Assembly: GCA_963666275.2 (NCBI GenBank)
Contig: CAXXOA010000001.1
Location: 832,001 to 896,000 of the forward strand
Direction of reading: 5' to 3'
DNA: 64,000 nucleotides
From: Oceanispirochaeta sp.
GTDB taxonomy: Bacteria; Spirochaetota; Spirochaetia; DSM-2461
Numbering within the stretch: the first letter of the stretch is position 1; each line of letters starts with the position of its first letter. Position numbers and translations under genes: made by a program. Shown here piece by piece: positions 9,718 through 19,951 of the stretch. The notes under the pieces were generated by a model. That model saw only the letters and a list, made by a program, of their open reading frames with translations. It had not been told where the DNA came from and did not search any database.

Positions 9718-10537
9718 TTGAAACCTCCACTCTGGAAAAGATATTGTGAATGGAGTGGATCAGGAAGATGCAGGGATATTTGCGCTTACAAATCCTGAGA
9801 CCAATGATGAATAGCTTTATCGTTGCAACAGCTGCAACTGTCATTTCTGGAATTGTTGGAGCAATGACCGGATACATTTTTTCAAAATATCCGTTTAAAT
9901 ATTCAAATATTATATTTGTTACGGTAATTCTTGGTTTATATATAGCTCCACAGTCTATATTGATTCCCCTTGTCAGGGTAATGGGAATGACTGGTTTATA
10001 TAATACATATTGGGGATTAATCCTGACTCACGTAGGGTTTGGTGTTCCCTACACAACTCTATTGTTTAAAAACTACTTTGAAAGTATTCCCGGATCTTTA
10101 ATCGAGATGGCTTCCATAGATGGCTGCTCTGTTGCAGAGATTTTTGTTAGAATAATTATGCCCCTGGCAGGTCCTGGATTCGCGGTTGTTGGAATCTTTC
10201 AGTTTACGAATATATGGAATGAATTTTTATTTGGGTTGACTTTAACAAGAGGTAAGGAATTTCAGCCGATAACTGTTGCTGTTTCAAATCTGGTCGGAAC
10301 AACAAGCATCGAATGGAATACCCATATGGCTGGTGCAATGCTTGTAGTAGTTCCAGTCCTGCTGATTTATATTTTTCTAATGAAATATATTGTAAAAGGT
10401 TTACTACTGGGTTCTGTAAAAGGTTAGAAAATAAATCTACATCCAGAATCTGAAGATATTTATTACCTGAAAAATAGGAGCATGAAATTATATTTTATTA
10501 TCCTAAATAGTTGGAATATTAAGGAGGAATTTAAAAA

Positions 10538-11092
10538 ATGTTTTCAATTTTAAGAGAAACATCAATTCAGGAAATACATGAGACATTAAATAAAATCGAA
10601 GAAAATCAAATTTCAAATTTTTGCAATGAAATTATTAATCATAAAAGGATATACCTTTTTGCTTTGGGGAGAGCTTTGTTAGCCGGAAGAGCACTTATTA
10701 TGCGTCTCATGCATATGGGATTTGAGGCTTATGTCGTGGGAGATTTGACTACTCCCAGTTTTTGCGAAGGTGATTTTTTGATTATTCTATCTGCTTCAGG
10801 AGAAACAGATATTTCATTGGTAATTGCTGAAAAAGCCAAGAAGTTTAAGGGAGATATAGCCCTTATTACTTCTATGCCCGAATCGAGATTAGGAAAAATG
10901 GCTGATAATATTGTAAAAATTCCTTCCCAAACAAAGGATATCGATATTAGTGCTCCGGCTTCAATACATCCTATGGCCACTACTTATGAACAAAGTATGC
11001 TTCTACTTTTTGATATTGCTGTACTTATGATTATGAAACAAAAGAATATTTCTGTGGATAGCATGCGTAAACTACATGCGAATCTGGAATAG
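10538..11092 (+). CDS. hxlB: 6-phospho-3-hexuloisomerase (SIS domain)
   Basis: MRLMHMG, VVGD.TTP, SASGET, C-terminal HANLE. Confidence 0.9.
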   Translation: MFSILRETSIQEIHETLNKIEENQISNFCNEIINHKRIYLFALGRALLAGRALIMRLMHMGFEAYVVGDLTTPSFCEGDFLIILSASGETDISLVIAEKAKKFKGDIALITSMPESRLGKMADNIVKIPSQTKDIDISAPASIHPMATTYEQSMLLLFDIAVLMIMKQKNISVDSMRKLHANLE

Positions 11093-11104
11093 AAGGAGAT
11101 AATA

Positions 11105-13090
11105 ATGGATAAAATTAAACTTGAAAAAATTGCCCTTGCTTCTAGGATCTTATCGATTGATGCAATTCAGGAAGCTAATTCTGGGCATCCGGGATTACCG
11201 TTGGGAGCTGCTGAGTTAGGTGCATATTTGTATGGATATGCAATGAATTACAATGCAGATAAACCAGATTGGATAAATCGTGACCGATTTATTCTATCAG
11301 CTGGTCATGGATCTATGTTCCTTTACTCTCACTTGCATTTTGCAGGGTTCAAAATCAGTATTGAGGACATTAAAAATTTTCGGAAACTTGGTGGAATTTG
11401 TGCGGGACATCCAGAATACGGAATCGCTCCGGGTGTTGATGCAACAACTGGCCCCCTTGGTCAGGGACTGGCAATGGGTGTTGGTGTAGCGTTAGGCGAA
11501 ACAATTGCGGCAGATAAGTATAATACTGATGAACATACTCTAATCGACCATTATACATATGTATTGGTGGGTGATGGTTGTCTGGCAGAGGGTATCACAT
11601 CCGAGGCTTCATCATTAGCTGGGCATCTGAAATTAGGTAAACTCATTGTCTTTTATGATTCTAATAGAATAACTATCGATGGAAGTACTGATCTGAGTTT
11701 TACCGAGAATGTTGAAGCTAGGTATCATTCCTATGGTTGGCAGGTATTAAAAGGATCTATGTACAGCTATGATGAGATTGATAGACTTACTCAGGAAGCA
11801 AAAAATATTACAGACAAACCGACATTGATAATTCTTGAAAGTGATATTGGAAAAGGTTCTCCAAATAAACAGGGAACAGCTGATGTTCATGGATCTGCTT
11901 TAGGAGTTGAAGAAGTAGCTTTAACAAAAGAAAATCTTGGAGTTGATCCATCAAAAAAATTCTATGTTGAACCCGAAATATATAAAATTTATGAAAATAG
12001 AAAGAAGGAACTAAAAAATAAATATAATAAATGGATGGATGTTTATGAAAGTTGGAGCAAACAGAATCCAGAACTAGCTATCGATTTTTCAAATGTTAAA
12101 AAATGTAACTTGATCAAAGATGCTATTAAAGCTGCTGGTTACAAATCGGGGGACTCTTTAGCAACTAGGGAGGCATCTGCAAAGGCTATCAGTTATTATT
12201 CAAGTGTTTATACAAATCTTGTTGGAGGCTCTGCAGACCTAAGTACTCCCAACAGAACTTCAATACCAAATTCGACAGTGTATTCGGCGGATAATCGTGG
12301 TGGGCGTTATATTCATTATGGTGTTCGAGAATTTGCAATGGCAGCTATTGCAAATGGTTTGTCATTATATGGGTGTTTTAAACCTTTTGTAGGAACATTC
12401 CTGGCTTTTTCAGACTACCTGCGGCCTGCATTACGTCTGTCTGCTTTAATGAAGTTAGGTGTTTTATATGTATTTACCCATGATTCCATCTATGTCGGTG
12501 AGGATGGCCCTACACATCAGGCGGTAGAACATCTTGCTTCATTGAGGGCCATTCCCAATGTTCTGGTTCAAAGACCTGGTGATCCGGAAGAAACTTTGGC
12601 GGTCTGGGGATATGCTCTGGAAAATGATGAAAGTCCAACTATTTTGGCTCTCACAAGGCAAGGCCTGCCAGTTATTGAAAAATATGATCCAAATTGGATA
12701 GATAATATTAAAAAGGGGGCATATATTGCTAAAGAAGCTACAAAATCGGTAAAAAAGGTTATTATTGCGACCGGTTCTGAAGTTGCACTGGTCATGGATT
12801 CTCTGAAATCCAGTAATGATGATGGTAAATTTGATGACATCAGAGTTATTTCAATGCCATGTCGGGAGCTGTTTTATGCTCAAGCGGAGGAATACCAAAA
12901 AAAATTAGTTCCTAAGAACGCTTCGGTAATGGTTGTGGAAGCAGGAATTAAAATGGGGTGGGAACGATTGGCTGATCCTGATAATATCCTTTCTGTCGAT
13001 GTTTTTGGAGAATCAGGACCTGCTTCAGAAGTCGCTAAGCACTTTAATTTTACGAATGAAAAAGTACTTGAAATGATCAATAACTTATAA
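11105..13090 (+). CDS. tkt: Transketolase
   Basis: SGHPG, RDRFILSAGH, TTGPLGQG, GDGCLAEG, THDSIYVGEDGPTHQ. Confidence 0.97.
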   Translation: MDKIKLEKIALASRILSIDAIQEANSGHPGLPLGAAELGAYLYGYAMNYNADKPDWINRDRFILSAGHGSMFLYSHLHFAGFKISIEDIKNFRKLGGICAGHPEYGIAPGVDATTGPLGQGLAMGVGVALGETIAADKYNTDEHTLIDHYTYVLVGDGCLAEGITSEASSLAGHLKLGKLIVFYDSNRITIDGSTDLSFTENVEARYHSYGWQVLKGSMYSYDEIDRLTQEAKNITDKPTLIILESDIGKGSPNKQGTADVHGSALGVEEVALTKENLGVDPSKKFYVEPEIYKIYENRKKELKNKYNKWMDVYESWSKQNPELAIDFSNVKKCNLIKDAIKAAGYKSGDSLATREASAKAISYYSSVYTNLVGGSADLSTPNRTSIPNSTVYSADNRGGRYIHYGVREFAMAAIANGLSLYGCFKPFVGTFLAFSDYLRPALRLSALMKLGVLYVFTHDSIYVGEDGPTHQAVEHLASLRAIPNVLVQRPGDPEETLAVWGYALENDESPTILALTRQGLPVIEKYDPNWIDNIKKGAYIAKEATKSVKKVIIATGSEVALVMDSLKSSNDDGKFDDIRVISMPCRELFYAQAEEYQKKLVPKNASVMVVEAGIKMGWERLADPDNILSVDVFGESGPASEVAKHFNFTNEKVLEMINNL

Positions 13091-13100
13091 AGATAAATGG

Positions 13101-13150
13101 GGCTGTTGCAAAAGTCTGAAAAGACTTTAGTAGCAGCCTTTTTCTTTTTT
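13101..13150 (+). terminator. Intrinsic terminator after tkt, formed by the element's left end
   Basis: GGCTGTTGC-AAAAGTCT-GAAA-AGACTTT-AGTAGCAGCC imperfect hairpin followed by TTTTTCTTTTTT. Confidence 0.65.
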
Positions 13151-13482
13151 GAATGAATCGAACAAAGCATTTAGACTGCAAAAAGGGGCCGCAAAGCGAC
13201 CCCAGCGTGCTACAATTTGTTTAACCACAAACAAATAAAAAGGAGCACGTGGTGAATCTTACAGCATTTTCCCAACATAGACAATTATTTCTTGATTTAA
13301 ACATCTCAATCCCCTTTGAAGTAACAGAACATGAAGCAGCACTTATGATTCTGTTGCAAAACCTAGATTACAGCCAGTTTGAACAACCAAAGCAGAAATC
13401 AGGACGTCCACGAGCTGTCAATTCATACACAATGAACCACCCCGGGTTTCCCGGAGACACAATTATATGAGAGGATTGTGTT

Positions 13483-13803
13483 ATGGGAAAAAGAATCAGG
13501 TATGCTCAAGAAGTTAAAGAGCGGGCAGTCAGGATGGTCTTTGATCATGAAAAAGACTATGAATCACGGTGGGCAGCAATAATTTCAATAGCCTCAAAAA
13601 CCGGGTGTACTCCGGAGTCTCTGAGAAAATGGGTAAAACAAACCGAGATAGACCGTGGTATCAAGGAAGGCGTCTCCAGTGAAGAACGGGCAAGAATAAA
13701 GGAACTTGAAAGAGAAGTTCGTGAGCTAAGAGAAGCCAATGAGATATTGCGTAAGGCATCAGCATATTTCGCCCAGGCGGAGCTCGACCGCCGAAAGAAA
13801 TAA
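13483..13803 (+). CDS. IS3 transposase OrfA
   Basis: HTH plus leucine zipper, [19 protein letters not shown]. Confidence 0.95.
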   Translation: MGKRIRYAQEVKERAVRMVFDHEKDYESRWAAIISIASKTGCTPESLRKWVKQTEIDRGIKEGVSSEERARIKELEREVRELREANEILRKASAYFAQAELDRRKK

Positions 13804-14708
13804 TGGTCAATTTCATTGATAAGAATAGGGAAAATCATGGAGTCGAGCCTCTCTGTAAGAATATTCAGATAGCTCCATCAACCTATTACGAAATGAAATC
13901 ACGGCAATCAGATCCAGACAGAGAGCCTCCAAGAGTAAAAAGGGATAACCACCTGAAAGATGAAATCAAACGGGTCTGGTTTGAGAATAGATGTGTATAT
14001 GGAGCTAAAAAAGTCTGGCAGGCCATGAATAAAGAAGGAATCCCCGTCGCCAGATGCACTGTAGAGCGTTTAATGCGTGCCATGGGGCTTCGTGGTGTAA
14101 TTCGTGGTAAGAAAGTCAGGACAACGATTCCGACGAAAGATAACAGGCCTGATGATCTTGTAAACCGGGATTTCACTGCTTCCAGGCCAAACGAGCTGTG
14201 GGTGGCTGACTTCACCTATGTTTCCACTTGGAGGGGATTTGTTTATGTTGCTTTCATAATTGATGTATTTTCAAGAATGATTGTCGGGTGGCGGGCATCA
14301 ACGTCAATGAAAACGGATTTTACTTTGGATGCACTCAATCAGGCATTGTGGGCAAGACAGGTAACAGAAAAGCTGATCCATCATAGTGATCGTGGTTCTC
14401 AATATCTGGCTATTTCCTATACAGAACGCTTGATTGAAGCAGGAATTGATCCATCAGTTGGGAGTAAAGGAGATTCTTATGACAATGCTCTGGCTGAGAC
14501 AATAAACGGTCTATACAAGGCAGAAGTAATTCACAAAGATGGTCCCTGGCGCTCAATTGAACAGGTTGAACTGGCTACTTTAGACTGGGTGGATTGGTAT
14601 AATAACAAACGGATCATGGAACCTCTGGGATATATTTCTCCACAAGAGTTTGAATTGATGTATTATGAACAGGAAATTAGTCTGGCTGTTACAGTTGGAC
14701 TCAAGTAA
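13803..14708 (+). CDS. IS3 transposase OrfB (DDE)
   Basis: WVADFTYV, HHSDRGSQY, SYDNALAE; TAATG overlap with OrfA. Confidence 0.96.
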   Translation: MVNFIDKNRENHGVEPLCKNIQIAPSTYYEMKSRQSDPDREPPRVKRDNHLKDEIKRVWFENRCVYGAKKVWQAMNKEGIPVARCTVERLMRAMGLRGVIRGKKVRTTIPTKDNRPDDLVNRDFTASRPNELWVADFTYVSTWRGFVYVAFIIDVFSRMIVGWRASTSMKTDFTLDALNQALWARQVTEKLIHHSDRGSQYLAISYTERLIEAGIDPSVGSKGDSYDNALAETINGLYKAEVIHKDGPWRSIEQVELATLDWVDWYNNKRIMEPLGYISPQEFELMYYEQEISLAVTVGLK

Positions 14709-15145
14709 ATCGGTCTCCGGGATTCTCGGGGTGGTTCAAACAGGTATCTATACAGAATGGCTATTAGTTTGTCTGGCTATGAATGCTGTTCATTTGGGAA
14801 ATAGATTATCCCGAGATGAAGTTGGTAATCCCTTCTATTATCAGATAAAGGATGAATCAGCATAGCTCTAAATCCATTTTTTAATAGATAATGTATAGTC
14901 TCAGGTGCATCACATAGGATAAGTGTCAGTAAATTACTAAACAAAATGGGAAATTATCAGAATTTTTATTACCAGAACAGAAGTTGTGATCTAAATAGTG
15001 ATCAAAATAAAAAGAATTTGATTAATGAAAAAAAGAGGCTGTCGCATTTTTACTTTTGCAACAGCCCCATTTTTAGTTATGCACTGGACTTGTACCAATA
15101 TTACAAGTATGGTTATGTTATCCCAATCATGAAAGGAAGTCGTAT

Positions 15146-16294
15146 ATGTACTCTCCGCTGCAAATCAAACAGATAAATCAAATACGCATTTTAAATCATT
15201 TACGACTTAATAAAAGAGCTTCTAGAGCAGATTTATCAAGGGGATTAAAACTTACACGATCAACAATTACTGTTTTAACAAGTGATCTATTGGATAAAAA
15301 ACTGATCCTGGAAACAGATGAAACCAGTCATGAACAAATTACCGGACGTCCGGGGATCTATCTCACTTTGAATCCTTCAGGGAATTATTTTGTTGGTGTA
15401 GAAATCGGAAATGAAATGATTAGTTGTGTTTTAACTGATTTTAATGCACAAATTATCGATAGCAAAAGAAAAACTATTTCAGAAAAGAACCCTGAAGTGG
15501 TCATCGAGGATATCCATTCCATGCTAGATGATCTAGGTCCATCTGAGTGCTATAAAAAAGCCTGTAAAAATGGAATCGGTGTAACTGTTCCGGCAATAAT
15601 AAGCCGTGACGAATCTTCTATAAATGCAAGATTTCTTGAATGGAATGATATTGATTTTAAAACGATGTTGGAAGAATCCATTGGAGAGAAATTCTTCATT
15701 GAGAATGATGCAAACGCAGCAGCATTAGCTGAGTATTATTTTTCTGAGCATGATATTCCCAATAATCTATTTTATCTCTTACTCGATCTAGGAGTCGGAG
15801 GTGGAGTTATAATAGATAATAGAATTTATAGAGGATTTTATGGTGCATCTGGTGAAATTGGTCATTTTCATGTACCTGTCATGAAAAATGATGGTCAGAT
15901 ATCTGATATCTTGAATTGGGAACAATTGATTGGAAAAAATGCTTTATTGAATATCTATAAAACAATTTCAAAAAATGATTGTGAATATAATGAATTTTGT
16001 AAAAAAATTTCTGATAATGATATTGCTTGCATAGATTCTATAAAACAATGGGCTGACAGAATTTATCTGACTGTAGACTGGATTAATAATCTGTTAAATC
16101 CAGGTGTTATAGTCATTGGGGGTGAAATGTCACGATTTTATCCTATTATGTTAGAGTATTTAAAAGAGAAACATAAAAGCAATGATTGGGGACAATTCAA
16201 TAATTGGAAACAATCAATCTTTCATGATAAAGGCAGTATCATGGGAAGTGTCGCTTTGGTATATAGCACTATCTTTTCAATGCCTACTGTTTAA
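15146..16294 (+). CDS. ROK family transcriptional repressor (XylR/NagC-like)
   Basis: N-terminal HTH (SRADLSRGLKLTRSTIT...GRP), ENDANAAALAE, GEIGH. Confidence 0.92.
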   Translation: MYSPLQIKQINQIRILNHLRLNKRASRADLSRGLKLTRSTITVLTSDLLDKKLILETDETSHEQITGRPGIYLTLNPSGNYFVGVEIGNEMISCVLTDFNAQIIDSKRKTISEKNPEVVIEDIHSMLDDLGPSECYKKACKNGIGVTVPAIISRDESSINARFLEWNDIDFKTMLEESIGEKFFIENDANAAALAEYYFSEHDIPNNLFYLLLDLGVGGGVIIDNRIYRGFYGASGEIGHFHVPVMKNDGQISDILNWEQLIGKNALLNIYKTISKNDCEYNEFCKKISDNDIACIDSIKQWADRIYLTVDWINNLLNPGVIVIGGEMSRFYPIMLEYLKEKHKSNDWGQFNNWKQSIFHDKGSIMGSVALVYSTIFSMPTV

Positions 16295-16314
16295 TATCAA
16301 ATATTACTTTTCCA

Positions 16315-16414
16315 TTCTTCAATTTTGGCAGCAATATCCCGGTCGATCAAATAGATGCAGACCTTATTGGCTCTGTTTCTGGAGAAACCGAAGCTATTCA
16401 TCAGTTTGTGAATC
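16315..16414 (-). repeat. Diverged direct repeat of the last 33 codons of prkA2 (17743-17842)
   Basis: Ungapped alignment with 20 mismatches in 99 nt by hand count; IHKLMNSFGFSRNRANKVCIYLIDRDIAAKIEE vs IHKLMNRYGYTENGAKEVCIYVIDRDIAAKFEE. Confidence 0.9.
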
Positions 16415-16531
16415 GAGCCTTCTGAGTTTTCCATTTTTCCCAATGGTATTCAGCCATTCCTGGAAGCGGAATAGTCTATTTGCAAGCATAGCGGCAGGTA
16501 CGACTCTGTTTATAACATAGATTGAGCAAGA

Positions 16532-17680
16532 TCAATTGTTTTTCTGATTCATCCTCAAAAACAGCTCCAGAGAACTTACCTGAATTTTTTCATGAATAGG
16601 ATAACTCTCCTTTCCGGGATATATAACATAAATTCTATCGAGATCAAGGTCTTCAATAGCACTATACATCGATTTGGTTGTCTTTGGGGTTTCAGTCATT
16701 TTAAACTCAATCCCAATCCTTTTATTCCCTTCCATAATGAGCAGATCTATTTCAGCTCCGCTGTATGTCGACCAGAAATAGGGTGATCGTACAGGATATG
16801 TCCGGATTATCTGTTCCATGGAAAAGCTCTCCCAGGATGTTCCCAGCTTGGGATGGCTATAAAGTTCATCCCTGTTTTGAATGCCCAGTAAATGATGCAA
16901 CAGTCCTGTATCGGTAAAATAAATTTTGGGAGATTTTACCTGGCGTTTTTTCATATTGGCAAACCAGGGTTGCAGGGGACGGATCATATAGGTTGCTGTC
17001 AAAATATCAATATAAGATTGTATTGTAGTATGGCTTATTCCCATGGAACCGGCCAGCTGGGTTTTGTTGAGAATCTGTCCATGACTATGGGCAAGCATTG
17101 TCCAGAAACGCCTGAGGGTTTCCGAAGGAATATTAATTCCAAGCTGAGGAATATCTCTTTGTAAAAAAGTTCTGACAAATCCTTCCCGCCAGGCAGCACT
17201 GTCGATATCATCTCCGGCAAGAAAAGAGAGGGGAAAACCACCCCTTAACCATAATTTGTTTAATGTATCAGATCCGGTTTCCAGAAGATTGAATCCCTGC
17301 AGATCGATAAATTCAACTCTGCCTGCTAATGATTCTGACGCATTCTTAACCAGTTCCGGAGACGCACTGCCCAGAATCAGGAATGAACCATTCCTGTTTT
17401 TTTTATCTGATACGACTCTTAGAATAGAAAAAAGTTCAGGATACAACTGGATTTCATCAATGATAACAAGACCTTCAAGAGACTTCAGGTATAGTTCCGG
17501 GTTTTGCAGTTTCGCTCTATCTACAGGAGATTCCATATCCAGGAAATGTGAATTTTTGAAAGCTGAGATTTCTCTTGCCAGCGTAGTTTTTCCACACTGT
17601 CTGGGACCAAGCAAGGCAGTAATTTTAGCCCGATCCAAAGAAGTCTGAATTTTCTGAATGTACTCCTTTCTTTGTATCAT
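16532..17680 (-). CDS. AAA+ superfamily ATPase (AAA_14 + DUF4143 type)
   Basis: GPRQCGKT, IIDEIQ, LGSAS, ESLAGR, RGGFP, KSPKIYFTDTGL, EIDL...IEFK. Confidence 0.9.
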   Translation of the reverse strand: MIQRKEYIQKIQTSLDRAKITALLGPRQCGKTTLAREISAFKNSHFLDMESPVDRAKLQNPELYLKSLEGLVIIDEIQLYPELFSILRVVSDKKNRNGSFLILGSASPELVKNASESLAGRVEFIDLQGFNLLETGSDTLNKLWLRGGFPLSFLAGDDIDSAAWREGFVRTFLQRDIPQLGINIPSETLRRFWTMLAHSHGQILNKTQLAGSMGISHTTIQSYIDILTATYMIRPLQPWFANMKKRQVKSPKIYFTDTGLLHHLLGIQNRDELYSHPKLGTSWESFSMEQIIRTYPVRSPYFWSTYSGAEIDLLIMEGNKRIGIEFKMTETPKTTKSMYSAIEDLDLDRIYVIYPGKESYPIHEKIQVSSLELFLRMNQKNN

Positions 17681-17739
17681 ATGTTAAATTAACATTGAAA
17701 ATTGAAAGTTACAATGGCAATATTCAAGGATAATTGAGT

Positions 17740-19947
17740 TTATTCTTCAAATTTCGCGGCAATATCCCTGTCGATCACATAGATGCAGACCTCTTTCGCT
17801 CCGTTCTCGGTGTAACCGTAGCGGTTCATCAGCTTATGTATCAGGTAGGTCACGTCTTTGCGGATCTTCTTGTCATGGCTCTGAAAATCCCTTGTATTGT
17901 ACTCTTTTATGGCACTCCGGAAATTGTCGCTCTCTTTGAATGGTTCCAGAGCGTTGCTTTTAAGATACCGGGTGTAGGTTTTCAGAAGGTCCCTGTACAG
18001 GCGGGTCTGGGAGAGCTTCCGGTTCTCTGTTTTCATTTCCGTGATGGTAGAGGAAATATATTTCTGCTGCACCTCTCTCCGGAACTCCTGCCTGAACTCC
18101 TCCTGAGGATTCCCCGGAATAAGATAGTCTTCTATGCTCTGAAGAAATTCCCGGCTGATCTGAATGATATGACCCGTATAGGGGCTTTTCTCGCTGCCTC
18201 CCGTTTCAAAGTTCAGGGCGAAAATATAATCCTGAATGTCCGAAGAGATCCGGCTGCGGTTGTAGTAGTAAAGGCATTCTTTCATTTCCTGAAGGATCGC
18301 GTAATCGTAGGAGTCGACAAGAGAGGGAAGAAACGGGGAGGGAATCCTTTTTTTGAGCTCCTCATTCCTTGTAAAAAAATCCTGGAGCATCTCCATATTG
18401 ATCATTTTATCCTCTTTGATATAGGAGGTATAAAACTCATGGAACAGTCTGATCGACTCCCGCCCCGTAATGCCCTGGAACCCTTCGTTTTCCGCTTCCG
18501 AGAGGATATTTCTCCGGATCCCCGCTTTGAAGGAGCGCTTGTCCTCCTCGCTGATCCATTCGGGGATAACGCCCGCATAGATAAGCATTTTCAGAAGGAG
18601 AAGCTGGGAATCACAGAACTGGCTGTATTTTGATCTGTTTCCGATCCACTCTTTCAGGGCGGGAGACTCGCTGTTCAGCCGGGAGGCTATGATCACTCTG
18701 GCGAAATTGTCCAGAATCCGGGGCAGAAAACTCTCCCTGATCCGGGGACCCATGATATTGGTATAGATCTGCACTTCCGTTTTATAGTCCAGCACATAGG
18801 GCATTTTTATGAAATTGATCCTGTCCTTAAGGGCCTGGTTTTTTTCAAGGAACTCCCTGTCCTGGGGGTTCATCAGACCCAGGTAAAGACTTTTTATGGT
18901 TTCTTCAATGGACTCAGCTTTGTGAATCCCGTCGCTGATGACCCCGTGCAGAGCCAGGAGCCTGTTTTTATTATGCTGTTTCGCATCCATTACCACATAG
19001 ATTCCGTTGTTGGTCCTGGCATATTCGGAATGGATGATCCTGACGAGATTGGAATCACCGAAATACTCGTCCAGCCAGGCCTGGGCCGCGGGATTGCTCT
19101 GGGTATCCTGATTGAGGATATCCCCCGGATTGAACACCGAGATGCCCTCTCCCAGACGCCGGCTGTAGCGCATGCGCCGGGGGGCGATCATGTTGAGCAC
19201 AGCCAGGGGGGAACCGGTCTGTTCCAGCAGGGCTTCGTAGAGGGACATACAGATCGTACAGGGCTCCTCCTTGAAGATCCACTCGTATTTTTTCTCGGTG
19301 AAAAGCTTCTGTTTGAATTCCTCATCCTCTATGAGCTCATAGAGGAATTCCTTTCTCTGATCCCTGGGGATCTGCAGGATCGGGGAGTCATGATTGGGGC
19401 AGTTCAGAAGCAGATAGTCCTGATTCTTTCCTTTTTCACTGTTTTCCTCCCGGGAAGATATCACCGGAAACAGGAGTTTATTGATTTTCCATGTGGTTTC
19501 GTAGATCTCTCCCTTTTCGGTTTTCATATACGCTTCGAAGCGGTGGAGGAAGTTGTTGAGGAACGTGCTTTTACCGCTCCCCGGGGGGCCTTCGAACATA
19601 TAGATCTTATTCCGGTCCACCACCTGGTCAAAAGTATGGATCAGATTCATAAGACGGTTTCCGAACAGACGGTCTGCAAAATAAGGAGATTCACTGTCCC
19701 TGATAAAGAGCCTGCTGAAGTCATAGGATTTATAGTGAACCGACTCGGGATCATCCGGGAACTCATCGGTTCCGGGAGGGACATAGAAGAGGACCATATC
19801 GTGAACAAGCTGGAAAATATCTCTCATAAGGGTCCGGGGATTCTCCCTGAGTTTAGTCAGAAACTCTTCGAAAGTGATCCGCTCCTGGGCTTTCTTCTCT
19901 TTAAGATTCCGATTCAGCCGGTTCAGCATCTCTTCTATTCTATCCAT
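17740..19947 (-). CDS. PrkA/YeaG-family AAA+ serine kinase paralogue 2
   Basis: Walker A GPPGSGKS, ALKDRI...MPYVLDY..EVQIY, EGFQGITGR; last gene of the operon. Confidence 0.85.
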   Translation of the reverse strand: MDRIEEMLNRLNRNLKEKKAQERITFEEFLTKLRENPRTLMRDIFQLVHDMVLFYVPPGTDEFPDDPESVHYKSYDFSRLFIRDSESPYFADRLFGNRLMNLIHTFDQVVDRNKIYMFEGPPGSGKSTFLNNFLHRFEAYMKTEKGEIYETTWKINKLLFPVISSREENSEKGKNQDYLLLNCPNHDSPILQIPRDQRKEFLYELIEDEEFKQKLFTEKKYEWIFKEEPCTICMSLYEALLEQTGSPLAVLNMIAPRRMRYSRRLGEGISVFNPGDILNQDTQSNPAAQAWLDEYFGDSNLVRIIHSEYARTNNGIYVVMDAKQHNKNRLLALHGVISDGIHKAESIEETIKSLYLGLMNPQDREFLEKNQALKDRINFIKMPYVLDYKTEVQIYTNIMGPRIRESFLPRILDNFARVIIASRLNSESPALKEWIGNRSKYSQFCDSQLLLLKMLIYAGVIPEWISEEDKRSFKAGIRRNILSEAENEGFQGITGRESIRLFHEFYTSYIKEDKMINMEMLQDFFTRNEELKKRIPSPFLPSLVDSYDYAILQEMKECLYYYNRSRISSDIQDYIFALNFETGGSEKSPYTGHIIQISREFLQSIEDYLIPGNPQEEFRQEFRREVQQKYISSTITEMKTENRKLSQTRLYRDLLKTYTRYLKSNALEPFKESDNFRSAIKEYNTRDFQSHDKKIRKDVTYLIHKLMNRYGYTENGAKEVCIYVIDRDIAAKFEE

Positions 19948-19951
19948 GGAT

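Larger units (their letters stand above)
7438..9789 (-). mobile_element. IS66 family insertion sequence, complete
   Basis: Terminal IRs GTAAGCGCtAATATCtCgGCAT and GTAAGCGCaAATATCcCtGCAT; 8-bp TSD AAATCCTG at 7430-7437 and 9790-9797; tnpA-tnpB-tnpC order. Confidence 0.97.
7240..10427 (+). pseudogene. Carbohydrate ABC permease 2 split by IS66
   Basis: 7240-7437 ends ...KAFHEIL and 9798-10427 starts RPMMNSFIVA; they rejoin in frame once the IS and one TSD copy are removed. EAA-like loop EMASIDG. Confidence 0.92.
13433..14738 (+). mobile_element. IS3 family (IS51-group-like) insertion sequence
   Basis: IRs TGAACCACCCCGGGTTTCCCGGAGAC and TGAACCACCCCGAGAATCCCGGAGAC with TG...CA ends; flanks CAA and AAC do not form a TSD. 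Confidence 0.95.
13095..15072 (+). mobile_element. IS1182-like element remnant, internally deleted, with a nested IS3
   Basis: 21-bp perfect IR AAATGGGGCTGTTGCAAAAGT at 13095-13115 and 15052-15072 (outer bases may belong to the target). Transposase N-terminus 13249-13432 (LDYSQF...GRP) and C-terminus ~14739-14865 (EWLLVCLAMN). Confidence 0.75.
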
